Assembly: GCA_964016885.1 (NCBI GenBank)
Contig: OZ024745.1
Coordinates: 85,436,001 to 85,500,000, forward strand
Length of the DNA: 64,000 bases
Reading direction: 5' to 3'
DNA from: Eledone cirrhosa
Lineage: Eukaryota
The translations under genes were made by a program, and so were the position numbers. Under the pieces are notes generated by a model that ran no database searches, was not told where the DNA came from, and saw only the letters and a list, made by a program, of their open reading frames with translations. Every line of letters begins with the position of its first letter. Position 1 is the first letter of the stretch. Positions 1 through 17,162 of the stretch are shown here, piece by piece.

Positions 1-315
1 AATAAATAAATATATAAACAGACTAAATAAAGATGGCGTAGAAAATAGAATGCAACGGGAGGAAACAATAGCACCACTGACAATTTTGCAGATGTGCAAC
101 GAAAGAACTTTGATAAACTATATATATGTGTTTGTGTCTATATTGTATCTGTATTATGTTTGACCGTTGGTCAGTCAATGGCAACATAGCGTCCCGAATA
201 AATTAGATTACCGATATAAAAGACACAGAAGCGAAAAGCGAAAACTAACCAAACGGTGAGTGTGTTCTATTATTAATTCTGGCAATATTACACAAATATG
301 ACCCTCCCCTAGTAT

Positions 316-320
<5 letters not shown>
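1..320 (+). mobile_element. PLE pLTR family A, cut by the window edge, with a decayed hammerhead at 74-113
   Basis: Near-identical to 24477-24798 and to the reverse complement of 21913-22200 and 48630-48940. The core reads CTGACAA instead of CTGACGA. Confidence 0.8.
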
Positions 321-369
<49 letters not shown>

Positions 370-381
370 GTATATATCTGT

Positions 382-448
<67 letters not shown>

Positions 449-460
449 TATAGATATATA

Positions 461-1150
<690 letters not shown>

Positions 1151-1329
1151 TATATATATATATATATATATATATCTGTATATTTATATATACATTTATA
1201 TATTATATAGCTATATCTGTATATATATACATGTATATATATATACACATGTATATATATATATATATGTATATATATATCTGTATATATATATATACAT
1301 GTATATATATATATATGTATATATATATG

Positions 1330-1374
<45 letters not shown>

Positions 1375-1410
1375 CTGTGGATATATATATACATGTATAT
1401 ATATATATAA

Positions 1411-1452
<42 letters not shown>

Positions 1453-1633
1453 GTATATATATATATATACATGTATATATATATATGTATATATATCTGT
1501 ACATATATGTATATATACATGTATATATATATATGTATATATATCTGTATATATATATATACATGTATATATATATATGTATATATATCTGTATATATAT
1601 ACATGTATATATATATATGTATATATATCTGTT

Positions 1634-1719
<86 letters not shown>

Positions 1720-1878
1720 AGTAGTATGTATGTATACGTACATACATATATGTATACAGACGTACAGTAGTATGTATATATATGCCCATACCGGTTTACC
1801 GAACATTTATTATAATTTATTATAATGCATAAGGAAAGTATATACTTTCAGACGTTCAACCATCTAGCTGGAAGGTAT

Positions 1879-1921
1879 ACGATGCTGACGATGGCTAATA
1901 AGCTTGAAACTAGTACATCGT
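1879..1921 (+). ncRNA. Minimal type I hammerhead ribozyme
   Basis: acgatg-CTGACGA-t-ggc(taataa)gct-t-GAAA-ctag-TA-catcgt; stem III is the palindrome ACTAGT. Confidence 0.85.
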
Positions 1922-2325
1922 TCCTATGTCAGTGTTGAACAAAAAGGTGACGTGGTTCCTTAACACTGTACGGCGTAATTCGGGCTGTTTGTTTGTTTAC
2001 AAACAAACAAACCGAGCATTATAATAAATGTTCGGTAAACCGATATGTGCATATATATATGTGCGCATGTATGTATATATATATACATACTACTGTACGT
2101 CTGTATACATATATATATGTACGTATACATACATACATACTTACATTTAAGTAAGTGCCGTACTAAGAGTGAGAAATGAAATTTCGTTTCATTCTATTTC
2201 ATTTAACGTTTTCGGTGTGCCCGGCCGACTGAACTCACTCGATATGCAAATTAGACTGCTCAGCCGTTAATATGCATGAGGAAAGTATATACTTTCAGAC
2301 GTTCAACCATCTGGCAGGAAGGTAT

Positions 2326-2368
2326 ACGATGCTGACGATGGCTAATAAGCTTGAAACTAGTACATCGT
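2326..2368 (+). ncRNA. Minimal type I hammerhead ribozyme, second tandem copy
   Basis: Identical to 1879-1921. Confidence 0.85.
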
Positions 2369-2477
2369 TCCTGTGTCAGTGTTGAACAAAAAGGTGACGT
2401 GGTTGGCTAAACACTGTACGGTGTAATTCGGGCCCCGTACTAAGAGTGAGAAATGAAATTAAGTTTCATTCTATTCC

Positions 2478-2577
<100 letters not shown>

Positions 2578-2716
2578 TTTTCTACATGGAGTTGCGACCG
2601 ATAGATAGTATTAGCAATTGGAAAGACCAACGGAAACATAGTTTCCTCGGTCCGATTTGACGAAAGTCGATCGACTAGAATATATATATATCTGCATATA
2701 TATATATATATCTATA

Positions 2717-2888
<172 letters not shown>

Positions 2889-2966
2889 TCTGTATATATA
2901 TATATATATAAAATAAAATAAAATAAAATAAAAAAGTCAAATGTTTAAAATTTGGCTTCGTTTATT

Positions 2967-3021
2967 ACTGTTATATATATTTTGGTGACAGCCATCTTTG
3001 GCTGTGACCTCTTCAGGCAGT
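2967..3021 (-). ncRNA. Hammerhead, family C, decayed (GAAA to AAAA)
   Basis: Reverse complement reads actgc-CTGAAGA-ggt-c-acagcca(aaga)tggctgt-c-acc-AAAA-tatata-TA-acagt. Confidence 0.7.
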
Positions 3022-3771
3022 CCGAATTAGTGTGGTAGAAACACGTACACATGTTGTTGAGGTGTTTAACTTTGTTAATACTCTGATGGCAGAACACCTA
3101 CAAACAACCACTACCACCACCACGCCAGATGGTTGCAGGAGGGATGAAGAAACACACACAGAGATAATTCTAAATGTCAGCAGAAGCAAGACATAAGCTG
3201 ACCACAACACCAACAACACTATCAAAATAAGGGTAGAGGTCAGATGTACTTAACAATAGCAAACACTACAGGGAGCCTCACCCCAGAAAGAATTTCTATA
3301 GACGTTTGACTAGGAATGCTCTCAAAACTGACCAATGGGAAGAGTGACTTTACAAATCTTTATAACATTGAGATGGGTATAACACACACACACATTTTAT
3401 TCGATTATTTTATTTTGTTCTTTTGCCATCTTATTCCTTCTATCACTTTATCATTTTTTTGAGCTGACTCCAACAACACGACTACCAACATAAGTATAGA
3501 GGTCAGATGTACCTAACAATAACAAGAACAACAACTACAGATTGGCTTGCCTCAGAACGAATTTCTATAGACTTTTGACTGAGGAATGATCTAACAACTG
3601 ACCAATGAGAGGAGAAGAGGCCCTTTGACGCTGAAATTCGTTTGTTTATGATTTAAATGATTCCAGTTCCTCAGTGAAATAACAACCCAACCAGGAACTG
3701 GGCATATGAGAGTATTGACAAAGTTAAACACCTCAACAACATGTGTACTCGTCTCTACCACACTAATTCGG

Positions 3772-3826
3772 ACTGCCTGAAGCGGTCGCAGCCAAAGATG
3801 GCTGTCACCGAAATATATATAACAGT
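3772..3826 (+). ncRNA. Hammerhead, family C (A9 to C in this copy)
   Basis: actgc-CTGAAGC-ggtcgcagcca(aaga)tggctgtcacc-GAAA-tatata-TA-acagt. The consensus of the three copies restores a canonical core. Confidence 0.72.
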
Positions 3827-4038
3827 AATAAACGAAGCCAAATTTTAATCATTTGACTTATTTATTTTATTTTATTTTACATTATTCCGGAGTAACCAGA
3901 CCAATCTGCGCACCTCGTCGAGTGCTCCAATCTGCATACTGAGGTATTGGTATACAACCAACATATACTCAAAATGTATATATATATATATATATATATC
4001 TGTATATACATGTATATATATATATATCTATATATCTA

Positions 4039-4130
<92 letters not shown>

Positions 4131-4136
<6 letters not shown>

Positions 4137-4560
4137 TAAACGGAATAGAAAATGCTGACAAATTGTTCACAGTTGAAAAATGGTTTAATTAGGAATAAAA
4201 GAGTATTAGTGATTGTATGGGTTAGTATTCAGTTGTGGTTTTAAGTTTTTAAGTTTTTACCGGTTGCGTAATTTCTAAATGCTTTTCAAAAATAATTTTG
4301 AGATAGAGTGTCCGTGCTGTTTGCTCTGATTTGGGCAAACAGCACGGACACTCTATCTCAAAATTATTTTTGAAAAGCATTTAGAAATGCGCAACCGGTA
4401 AAAACTTAAAAACTTAAAACCACAACTGAATACTATCCCATACAATCACTAATACTCTTTTATTCCTAATTAAACCATTTTTCAACTGTGAACAATTTGT
4501 CAGCATTTTCTATTCCGTTTACCAATATATAATAACTTGTGTGTTACACCTCTATTCTTT

Positions 4561-4566
<6 letters not shown>
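4131..4566. repeat. About 195-bp-arm hairpin module with a variant hammerhead-like motif at 4367-4403
   Basis: 4131-4324 is the reverse complement of 4335-4528 with a 10-nt spacer. The right arm continues about 35 nt further. Confidence 0.85.
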
Positions 4567-4594
<28 letters not shown>

Positions 4595-4597
<3 letters not shown>

Positions 4598-5022
4598 ATA
4601 ATAATAAATTTGAAGACTAAAATCCAAAGAGGGCTCGATAAGGATAAATATATATCAAATATATGAGAACCGTAGAGCAAATATTTTTTAAAATAACAGA
4701 TTAAAGTTTAAGCAAAGAATCGCTGCTTTCACCACCTAAGAGAACTTTAGTCTACTACCTCTTTTATACCATAAACGTGGTTCTGTCTTTGCGCGTAATT
4801 GTTTTTCACCGCTCCTATTAATGACGTATCTTATTCGTTTTTTCCCGTTCTTTGCCAGCGAACATTTCCACGAACCAAAGTATCGTCTTCCTGTCTTCCT
4901 CCGGTTGCAACATTTTTTGAAATATCCACTTCTGCGTTTACAGTTTGACTTTTTTAGTTTCAGAAGATCCCGCTAAGGGTGAAAGCAGCGATTCTTTGCT
5001 TAAACTTTAATCTGTTATTTTA

Positions 5023-5030
<8 letters not shown>
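4595..5030. mobile_element. Fold-back terminal module, family D
   Basis: 4681-4733 is inverted relative to 4977-5030. Homologous to 17328-17516 and 55340-55866. Confidence 0.7.
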
Positions 5031-5083
<53 letters not shown>

Positions 5084-6390
5084 GTCGTGCAGGCAAAAAC
5101 GGAGGAGTTTAAGACCGGATGCCCATGGGAACTCATGTATGCTGATGACCTCGCACTTATATCTGAATCTATGGTAGAACTAGAGAAGAAATTCCAAACT
5201 TGGAAGCAGGGACTAGAAAGAAAGGGTTTCAAAGTCAACATGACAAAGACTAAGGTCCTTGTAAGTAGACGAGAAATCAGAACCCAGATCCCCTCAGGGA
5301 AATAGCCTTGCTCAGTGTGTAGGAAAGGTGTAGGTAGGAACTCAATTCTCTGCCCCAAATGCAAACAATGTGTACACAAGTGATGTAGCGGGATCTCAGG
5401 AAGCTTAATTAAGAATGTAGGCTTCACATGGAGCAGCTGTGCTGGGACAGCAAGCAGCAAACACCCACAGGAAACAAGTACCACCAATCTCTGGGAGGGC
5501 TCTGTAGAAACAGTAGACAGATTCTGCTACCTAGGTGACCGAATTAGCAGCGGAGGTGGGTGTTCAGAAAGTACAATAACTAGCGTAAGAACGGGATTGA
5601 AGAAGTTCAGTGAACTACTGCCACTGCTAGCTGCAAAAGGCTTCTCCCTCAAAATGAAAGGCAGACTGTATGATGCATGTATCCGAACGGCAATGTTACA
5701 TGGTAGTGAGACCTGGGAACTGAAGGTGGAAGACTTACGTAGATTAGAGAGAAACGAAGCCTGCATGCTCCGATGGATGTGTAATAGTAATATACGCGAA
5801 CGACAAAGCATAAATGAATTGAGAGAGAGACTGAATATACGAGGAATCAAATGCTGTGTGCAGGAGAGGCGGTTGAATTGGTATGGACATGTGATGCGTA
5901 TGAAGGATGACAGCTGCATAAAAAGGTGCAGACCACTAGAAGTCAATGGATCTCGCGGAGTGGGGAGACCCAAGAAGACCTGGGATGAGGTGATAAAAGC
6001 CAACCTTACCCAAATACACCTCTCAAAGGCGATGACACACGACCGTGACCTCTGGCGTCACGCAGTAATACAGAGTACCCGATCTCTCATGGGTACAATA
6101 TGCCCCCACACCCTCCCACTGCAAGGTGGTCGTGGAGGTGCCACGGCAAAAAAGCACCCAGCCCACACTGTAAAGTGGACGTGTAGGCGCCACGAAAAAG
6201 CATCCAGCACTCACTGTAAATGAGGTTGGTGTTAGGAAGGTCATCCAGCTGTAGAAATCAAGCCAAATCAGTTCCTGTATGAGCAAGGCATGGTCAGGCG
6301 ACCAGACACTGCCCACAACAGGACAACCCGTCTAACCCATGCTAGCGTGGAAGAACGGACGTCAAACGGTGATGATGATGATGATGATGA
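5084..6390 (+). mobile_element. 5'-truncated RTE-clade LINE (C-terminal RT region, 3' UTR, (GAT)n tail), with stop codons
   Basis: Motifs ELMYADDL, KVNMTKTKVL, MLHGSETW, RRLNWYGHVMRM and RGVGRPKKTW; ends in GATGATGAT. Confidence 0.92.
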
Positions 6391-6393
6391 TAT

Positions 6394-6475
<82 letters not shown>

Positions 6476-6491
6476 GTATATCTGTATATAT

Positions 6492-6554
<63 letters not shown>

Positions 6555-6573
6555 TGTGTATATATATACACAA

Positions 6574-6624
<51 letters not shown>

Positions 6625-6674
6625 TATATATATATATATTTGTATATATATATACAGATATATATAGATACTTA

Positions 6675-9030
<2,356 letters not shown>

Positions 9031-9161
9031 GTGACGTTTTTTTTACAAAATGAAAAATAACCGCGGTGTCCTACATGAGTGGAAGTATAAAGAAAAAGAG
9101 ATGAAATCGAAAATGCAACTGAAGTCTTATTTTTTTTTTAAATATATATATTTATTTGGTT

Positions 9162-9199
9162 CCTTTACCGGTTTCGCAGTTCTTCTGCTTTTCAAAAGG
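9162..9199 (-). ncRNA. Hammerhead with U3-A8 variant core (mirror copy)
   Basis: Exact reverse complement of 9360-9397. Confidence 0.75.
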
Positions 9200-9359
9200 T
9201 GAGTTGAGATGGAGGGTCTGTGGTTTTTCTCACATCTGGTTGGTCTCTGAATGTTACTTGTTTTATATGGAAAAAGTGGCCACTTTTTCCATATAAAACA
9301 AGTAACATTCAGAGACCAACCAGATGTGAGAAAAACCACAGACCCTCCATCTCAACTCA

Positions 9360-9397
9360 CCTTTTGAAAAGCAGAAGAACTGCGAAACCGGTAAAGG
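9360..9397 (+). ncRNA. Hammerhead with U3-A8 variant core
   Basis: cctt-TTGAAAA-gcag(aagaa)ctgc-GAAA-ccgg-TA-aagg; all three stems pair, and stem III is the palindrome ACCGGT. Confidence 0.75.
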
Positions 9398-9466
9398 AAC
9401 CAAATAAATATATATATTTAAAAAAAAAATAAGACTTCAGTTGCATTTTCGATTTCATCTCTTTTT

Positions 9467-9509
<43 letters not shown>

Positions 9510-9525
9510 TATATATATATATACA

Positions 9526-9957
9526 TCGCTACATTATCTGTATGATGTGGAAAATATTCCATCAGCTTCGCCCAAATGATGTTGGCATCATCTTTAGTGT
9601 ACACCCAAGGCTTGGGCCCCGTGCTGTCCGCCCAGGACAAAGATCCCACTCGCATCACATAACAACAATACGGCACAATTATTTCACCTCAATTGGCCCT
9701 GCACTCATTAACATTACAGCAAAACACATCAAAGCAGAGACAGACCCCATCAAGTTCAAGAAGTCTTTGGATAAATTCCTTCAATAAATCCCGTATAAGC
9801 CTCCTACACCCGGATATGCCTCCGTAAACAATAACTCTCTGCTGAAGTGGGCCATGGTGCCCAAACACTGATTTGTAAGACTTTGCCAGGTGGTGCTATT
9901 AAGTTAGACATGGCCTGGGCCAATACTGACCGAAACCTATCAAAGTTATCAAAATTA
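9526..9957 (+). mobile_element. 3' end of a CR1-group LINE, a different family from 33556-37952
   Basis: MWKIFH..PN..G..GPAL.N..FKKSLDKFL, followed by a GGTGGTGC..CATGGCC..GAAAC end and an ATCAAAGTT-like tail, paralleling 37886-37952. Confidence 0.75.
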
Positions 9958-10010
9958 TATATCTGTATATATATATATGCATGTATATATATATATATAC
10001 ATGTATATAT

Positions 10011-10056
<46 letters not shown>

Positions 10057-10114
10057 ATATATATATATACATGTATATATATATATATATCTGTATATGT
10101 ATATATATATACAA

Positions 10115-10245
<131 letters not shown>

Positions 10246-10280
10246 AAGATTTGAATGGATACAGTTTAGTTGAAAGGAAT

Positions 10281-10400
10281 TTATTGACACGTGTTTCTAT
10301 AACAGTTACATAACCTAAAACAGCTGCTATCTACAAACTTTTAGTTATGCAGACATTCAATATTTCAATGTTATTATTTACTGTCATTTCATCAGAATAA
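10281..10400 (-). ncRNA. Hammerhead, family E, with about 90-nt stem II domain
   Basis: ttatt-CTGATGA-a-atgacagt...actgttat-a-GAAA-cacgtg-TC-aataa. Confidence 0.8.
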
Positions 10401-10967
10401 TATTACTGAGGACCTATTTAGTTTTTATAGAGAATATTAGGAGGGAGGGGTGAAGTTGTTAGAAGAATAGTTGAAGGAGTGGTTTTTCGATAGCAGTGAG
10501 AATTCTTGGTGGCAGTGAGTAATTAGATTCCCATCTGTTGTTTTGACATTTTTTATAGAATATATTATTGGTTATTTTTCTAAATCTATAGAAGGATTAG
10601 AGATAGTAAAGATATGCGTGGTTGGTTTTGTGTTTGCACTTAATTAACATTCAGACTTAAATTTTTCTTTCAAGTGTACGTATCCTTTCACCCACGCATT
10701 CACACACAAATATATTTGCACACCTCTACAAAATACATATACTCACAATTCACATATTCATACTTACATATATATACACATGCATACACATATATATACA
10801 CACATGTATTCATGTACATACATACGCGCTCATGTGTATACATTTTCATACTCAACTTATCTTTATATACACACGTATAGACACACACATATATACATAC
10901 ATACTCTAGTCCATGTGTACACACATACACATACATACACATCTATATACACATATATACATACATA

Positions 10968-11092
<125 letters not shown>

Positions 11093-11361
11093 AGCACTTT
11101 AATACATGAATACACTTACATCTAACTATACACATCAAACATATATATATATTTACTTATTTATATATTTTTTCACATATATATTCATACTTATGGACGT
11201 TTTTAGACACATTCATTATCGCATATTTGCACCTATTCTCATCAGCATATCTTTCCATTATTAGTGTGGTAATTTAAGGTTATTAATATATGTTGAGAAG
11301 ATATTGTTTTTATATTTTTCTAACTAGATTAAGGTTTATATAGTTGGGGGATGTCCCTCTT

Positions 11362-13684
11362 TTATGTAATATTCGGCTTGTAGTGGGAAAAAAGGGTTTT
11401 AGTTCTGTGACGGCAGAATAATGTTCGTTCAATTCTGTTATTCAGCAGTTTCTTCTTGTGTGTGATTATGTAATAAATCTCAAGATTACACAATTTGCAG
11501 AAATTTTGTTTCCTGGAAAAGCTTTGGGTTTTAGCTAATTTCTCCCATTTTATGGTAAACTTTTGATCGCTATCCCTGAGCGTCTAAGCTTTTTCTGCTA
11601 AAGTTGTTACATTTCTTTGGCTCTGGTGTTTTATTGAGTAAGAATGCCTATACAATCGAGATTTAAACGATGTTGCCGTTGATCCCACGTAATACCACTC
11701 GTTGCCTCCGGATTTAATGGTACACTTATAAATAATATTTTTTTCCAGGCAGTTATTGCCGAGGGGGCAGTTGTCCGGATAGGTGCAGTTACAGTTGTGT
11801 ACGTTGGGTTTTCTCTGGAGTAGTATTGCGGACGAACTTAGGTGTGGTTTATTTATGTTCTGTAGTGTATTGTCTACTGTTTTTTTTTCTGCTCTTTGTA
11901 CTTAAGTTTTTATTGTTTTCGTTTAATCATCTAGTATTAATCTTTTTTATGTGTTGTTCAAGGTTTAACGCTGTAGAGTATGATAGTCTTGTAGTGGTAG
12001 GGTTTAGGATTTTGTGGTATTTGTGTGATGTAGGAAAATGTCTTTTAATTATTTTAAAGAAGAGTACTGGTAAATTTGTACTAATGGAACTATTGTATTC
12101 GGGGTTATACCATAAGTACTCTTTGCATCGCTTTCTATTAGTTTTGTTTGTTGGTTTACTGGTGTGCATACTATGGTAGTAAGTGTGGTTTGCTGTTGTG
12201 TTATTATATCTACCTATGTGGGATTTATTTTGGGTGTTTTGATTGTTCCCATCTATGTACTCTATTTTGTTGAGGTAGCCTGCTTTACTAAGGGCGTTAT
12301 CGTAGTACTCGGCGTGTTCCTTAAATACTTGTATGTTAGAAGATAGACCCGAGATTCTAAGGGAAATATTTTTAGGGATAGATTTAATTATAGAGATGGG
12401 GTGGTTAGACCCAACATTTACGTATTTGAGATTTTCATTCAATTTATGAAACGGTTTAATCAAACCAGAGTTTAAATTGAGTGTGACATCCAGGAAGTTA
12501 ACTACTTTAAGGTTGTATTCATATGTTATAGTTAGTCCTATTTCGAGTAGTAGTTTTCTTATATCTTTGCGTAGTTTTTCTAGTTTTTGGTTATTAAGGT
12601 TTTTAGCTAGGAGGAGAACATCGTCGCGGTATATTCCGCCGTGGAGATTGCTGAATTTTTCCTGGAGTCTAAAGGCGATAAATAACCCCACAATATCAGT
12701 TATTTCCGCCGAATCGTTAGAGCCCATTGTTATGTCAAAGTTAGAGGGTCTATCTTTACGTACCCAATAACTGTTCTCAAATTTGACTATAGTTTTCCTA
12801 GCTTCTAATATAATTTTAATTTCATCGTTTGTAAGGTCAGAGTTATCCTTAGCAAACTTAATGGCTCTATTCAAAGTTTCAGGTGATATCGATGAGTAAT
12901 ATTAATCGATATCAAACTGGATAAACTTAGATTTATTCTTATTGCTAATGCTATTAAACCATCTTATTGCTTCTTGGGTCTTCCCCCAGAGTTTAATGTT
13001 AACCTTAGCCTTAATTTGGGGGATGATTCTATCTAAGATATATTTGCTTATTTTACCTATATCTGATTTAGAGGGGCAGATTAATCTAATTTTAGGGTCA
13101 TTATCAAAGTTTACCTTGTGGCCCTTAAGATTGAAGGTGGGTACCGCCGGTAAGAGTGGTCCTGTCCTATCTTCGATTCCGAGATTTTTCACTATTTCGC
13201 ATGCCTCATCATTGATGTGCTTAAGGGTTACTTCACTCGTTTTTCTATATTTTTTATGTAATTCTTTTCGAATGAAGTTGTTGTATGTAGTGCAATCCAT
13301 AGTGTACAGGTTTGATGTTTTGTCCGCTTTTACTACAATTCCTTTGGTGTTTTTAAGGTCGTCCAGTAGTTTTTTTATATCTTTCTGTAATTTGCTGTTG
13401 GTGTTGCGTTCTTTGAATTTAATTTTAAGGATTAAGTTCATAAGGTCCTGCTCAAATGCATCTAATAGTGGGTTGGTGGGTGGGTTTTTACAAGTCCTAA
13501 AACCGAATTTGTTGTTTACACCACTTTCTAATGTTGAGTTCATACGGCTTCTATCATAGTGGAGCGTTTTCCACCTGACACGTCGAATGAATTCATTAGT
13601 TTTTTGAATCATACTCAATAAATATTCCTTTCTACCTTGGGTTGGTATGTTTTTGAGTGACATATCCAGGTTGTGTTTTTCCAT
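11362..13684 (-). pseudogene. PLE RT/GIY-YIG polyprotein with stops at 12902 and 11927 and a frame break near 11880
   Basis: Motifs [65 protein letters not shown] and FCRH. Confidence 0.93.
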
Positions 13685-13745
13685 TGTTGTGGTTGCGTTT
13701 GCTGTGTGGGTTGCTCGACTTTATAGGAGGTAAATATACAGTATT

Positions 13746-14564
13746 TTCCGTTGTGTTGTAATATAAATATTACACACAGTAGATTATCAGCTCACGTAGA
13801 GTTTGCTCGACGGTTCCAGTTGTAGTTCCAAAAGTAATCCGGAGAAAAATAGAAAGATTTGAATGGATACAGTTTAGTTGAAAGGAATTTATTGACATGT
13901 GTTTCTATAACAGTTACATAACCTAAAACAGCTGCTATCTACAAACTTTTAGTTATGCAGACATTCAATATTTCAATGTTATTATTTACTGTCATTTCAT
14001 CAGAATAATATTACTGAGGACCTATTTAGTTTTTATAGAGAATATTAAGAGGGAGGGGTGAAGTTGTTAGAAGAATAGTTGAAGGAGTGGTTTTTCGATA
14101 GCAGTGAGAATTCTTGGTGGCAGTGAGTAATTAGATTCCCATCTGTTGTTTTGACATTTTTTATAGAATATATTATTGGTTATTTTTCTAAATCTATAGA
14201 AGGATTAGAGATAGTAAAGATATGCGTGGTTGGTTTTGTGTTTGCACTTAATTAACATTCAGACTTAAATTTTTCTTTCAAGTGTACGTATCCTTTCACC
14301 CACGCATTCACACACAAATATATTTGCACACCTCTACAAAATACATATACTCACAATTCACATATTCATACTTACATATATATACACATGCATACACATA
14401 TATATTCACACATGTATTCATGTACATACATACGCGCTCATGTGTATACATTTTCATACTCAACTTATCTTTATATACACACGTATAGACACACACATAT
14501 ATACATACATACTCTAGTCCATGTGTACACACATACACATACATACACATCTATATACACATAT

Positions 14565-14658
<94 letters not shown>

Positions 14659-16867
14659 AGCACTTTAATACATGAATACACTTACATCTAACTATACACA
14701 TCAAACATATATATATATTTACTTATTTATATACATTTTCACATATATATTCATACTTATGGACGTTTTTAGACACATTCATTATCGCATATTTGCACCT
14801 ATTCTCATCAGCATATCTTTCCATTATTAGTGTGGTAAGTTAAGGTTATTAATATATGTTGAGAAGAGATTGTTTTTATATTTTTCTAACTAGATTAAGG
14901 TTTATATAGTTGGGGGATGTCCCTCTTTTATGTAATATTCGGCTTGTAGTGGGAAAAAAGGGTTTTAGTTCTGTGACGGCAGAATAATGTTCGTTCAATT
15001 CTGTTATTCAGCAGTTTCTTCTTGTGTGTGATTATGTAATAAATCTCAAGATTACACAATTTGCAGAAATTTTGGCTCCTGGAAAAGCTTTGGGTTTTAG
15101 CTAATTTCTCCCATTTTAGGGTAAACTTTTGATCGCTATCCCTGAGCGTCCAAGCTTTTTCTGCTAAAGTTGTTACATTTCTTTGGCTCTGGTGTTTTAT
15201 TGAGTAAGAATGCCTATACAATCGAGATTTAAACGATGTTGCCGTTGATCCCACGTAATACCACTCGTTGCCTCCGGATTTAATGGTACACTTATAAATA
15301 ATATTTTTTTCCAGGCAGTTATTGCCGAGGGGGCAGTTGTCAGGATAGGTGCAGTTACAGTTGTGTACGTTGGGTTTTCTCTGGAGTAGTGTTGCGGACG
15401 AACTTAGGTGTGGTTTATTTATGTTCTGTAGTGTATTGTCTACTGTTTTTTTTTGTGTTCTTTGTACTTAAGTTTTTAGTGTTTTCGTTTAACCTTCTAG
15501 TATTGATCTTTTTTATGTGTTGTTCAAGGTTTAACGCTGTAGAGTATGACAGTCTTATAGTGGTAGGGTTTAGGATTTTGTGGTATTTGTGTGATGTAGG
15601 AAAATGTCTTTTAATTATTTTAAAGAAGAGTACTGGTAAATTTGTAGTAATGGAACTATTGTATTCGGGGTTATACCATAAGTACTCTTTGCATCGCTTT
15701 CTATTAGTTTTGTTTGTTGGTTTACTGGTGTGCATACTATGGTAGTAAGTGTGGTTTGGTGTTGTGTTATTACATCTACCTATGTGGGATTTATTTTGGG
15801 TGTTTTGATTGTTCCCATCTATGTACTCTATTTTGTTGAGGTAGCCTGCTTTACTAAGGGCGTTATCGTAGTACTCGGCGTGTTCCTTAAATACTTGTAT
15901 GTTAGAAGATAGACCCGAGATTCTAAGGGAAATATTTTTAGGGATAGATTTAATTATAGAGATGGGGTGGTTAGACCCAACATTTACGTATTTGAGATTT
16001 TCATTCAATTTATGAAACGGTTTAATCAAACCAGAGTTTAAATTGAGTGTGACATCCAGGAAGTTAACTACTTTAAGGTTGTATTCATATGTTATAGTTA
16101 GTCCTATTTCGAGTAGTAGTTTTCTTATATCTTTGCGTAGTTTTTCTAGTTTTTGGTTATTAAGGTTTTTAGCTAGGAGGAGAACATCGTCGCGGTATAT
16201 TCCGCCGTGGAGATTGCTGAATTTTTCCTGGAGTCTAAAGGCGATAAATAACCCCACAATATCAGTTATTTCCGCCGAATCGTTAGAGCCCATTGTTATG
16301 TCAAAGTTAGAGGGTCTATCTTTACGTACCCAATAACTGTTCTCAAATTTGACTATAGTTTTCCTAGCTTCTAATATAATTTTAATTTCATCGTTTGTAA
16401 GGTCAGAGTTATCCTTAGCAAACTTAATGGCTCTATTCAAAGTTTCAGGTGATATAGATGAGTAATATTCATCGATATCAAACTGGATAAACTTAGATTT
16501 ATTCTTATTGCTAATGCTATTAAACCATCTTCTGGCTTCTTGGGTCTTCCCCCAGAGTTTAATGTTAACCTTAGCCTTAATTTGGGGGATGATTCTATCT
16601 AAGATATATTTGCTTATTTTACCTATATCTGATTTAGAGGGGCAGATTAATCTAATTTTAGGGTCATTATCAAAGTTTACCTTGTGGCCCTTAAGATTGA
16701 AGGTGGGTACCGCCGGTAAGAGTGGTCCTGTCCTATCTTCGATTCCGAGATTTTTCACTATTTCGCATGCCTCATCATTGATGTGCTTAAGGGTTACTTC
16801 ACACGTTTTTCTATATTTTTTATGTAATTCTTTTCGAATGAAGTTGTTGTATGTAGTGCAATCCATA

Positions 16868-16873
<6 letters not shown>
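13746..16873 (-). mobile_element. 5'-truncated PLE copy 2, upstream member of the tandem; coding remnant 14928-16873
   Basis: Nearly identical to copy 1 from YTMDCTTY onward. The RT frame is open, and the N-terminal part of the 597-aa track ORF is (TA)n read-through. Confidence 0.93.
13889..14008 (-). ncRNA. Hammerhead, family E
   Basis: Copy of 10281-10400 with stem III CACATG. Confidence 0.75.
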
Positions 16874-16909
<36 letters not shown>

Positions 16910-16958
16910 TTGTGTATATATATATACATATATATATATGTATATATATATATATCTG

Positions 16959-16994
<36 letters not shown>

Positions 16995-17072
16995 CATGTA
17001 TATATATATATATATCTGTATATATATATATATATATATACATGTATATATATATGTATATATATATATATA

Positions 17073-17120
17073 AAGCAGGGAAAAGCGGACGTAAAATGAT
17101 GATGATGATGATGATGATGA

Positions 17121-17123
<3 letters not shown>
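17073..17123 (+). mobile_element. Extreme 3' tail of an RTE LINE or its partner SINE
   Basis: GGAAAAGCGGACGTAAAA(TGA)n matches 6349-6390. Confidence 0.6.
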
Positions 17124-17161
<38 letters not shown>

Positions 17162-17162
17162 G

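Larger units (their letters stand above)
2911..3974 (+). mobile_element. ORF-less fold-back pLTR module, family C
   Basis: 2911-3080 is the reverse complement of about 3712-3878. Homologous to 48980-49950. Confidence 0.75.
9086..9473. repeat. Perfect 388-bp palindrome with no spacer (centre 9279/9280, GTGG|CCAC)
   Basis: Identical ORFs on both strands (9127-9339 minus and 9220-9432 plus). The left arm extends unpaired to about 9024. Confidence 0.95.

Noticed and set aside
1985-2157. Segment missing from the second repeat, considered as a spliced intron (GTAAGT..CAG on minus)
   Set aside because: The deletion boundary is about 13 nt away from the donor, and the segment is antisense to the ribozyme strand.
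4958-4995. CAGAAGA-tccc(gctaa)gggt-GAAA as a family D hammerhead
   Set aside because: U4 is replaced, there is no UH cleavage site or stem I, and the motif is not conserved at 55709.
11872-11890. A-AAA-AAC as a -1 ribosomal frameshift site
   Set aside because: The -1 frame hits TAG immediately; the endonuclease is in the +1 frame.
11927-11929. In-frame TGA shared by PLE copies 1 and 3 (45841), considered as selenocysteine
   Set aside because: It aligns to Arg (AGG) in copy 2, not Cys. The conserved Cys codons are normal and I identified no SECIS. CGA-to-TGA decay is the simpler explanation.
12942-13559. Long antisense ORFs over the retroelements (also 20384-20950, 35911-36477 and 38753-39298)
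   Set aside because: These are shadow frames of RT genes with no independent motifs.
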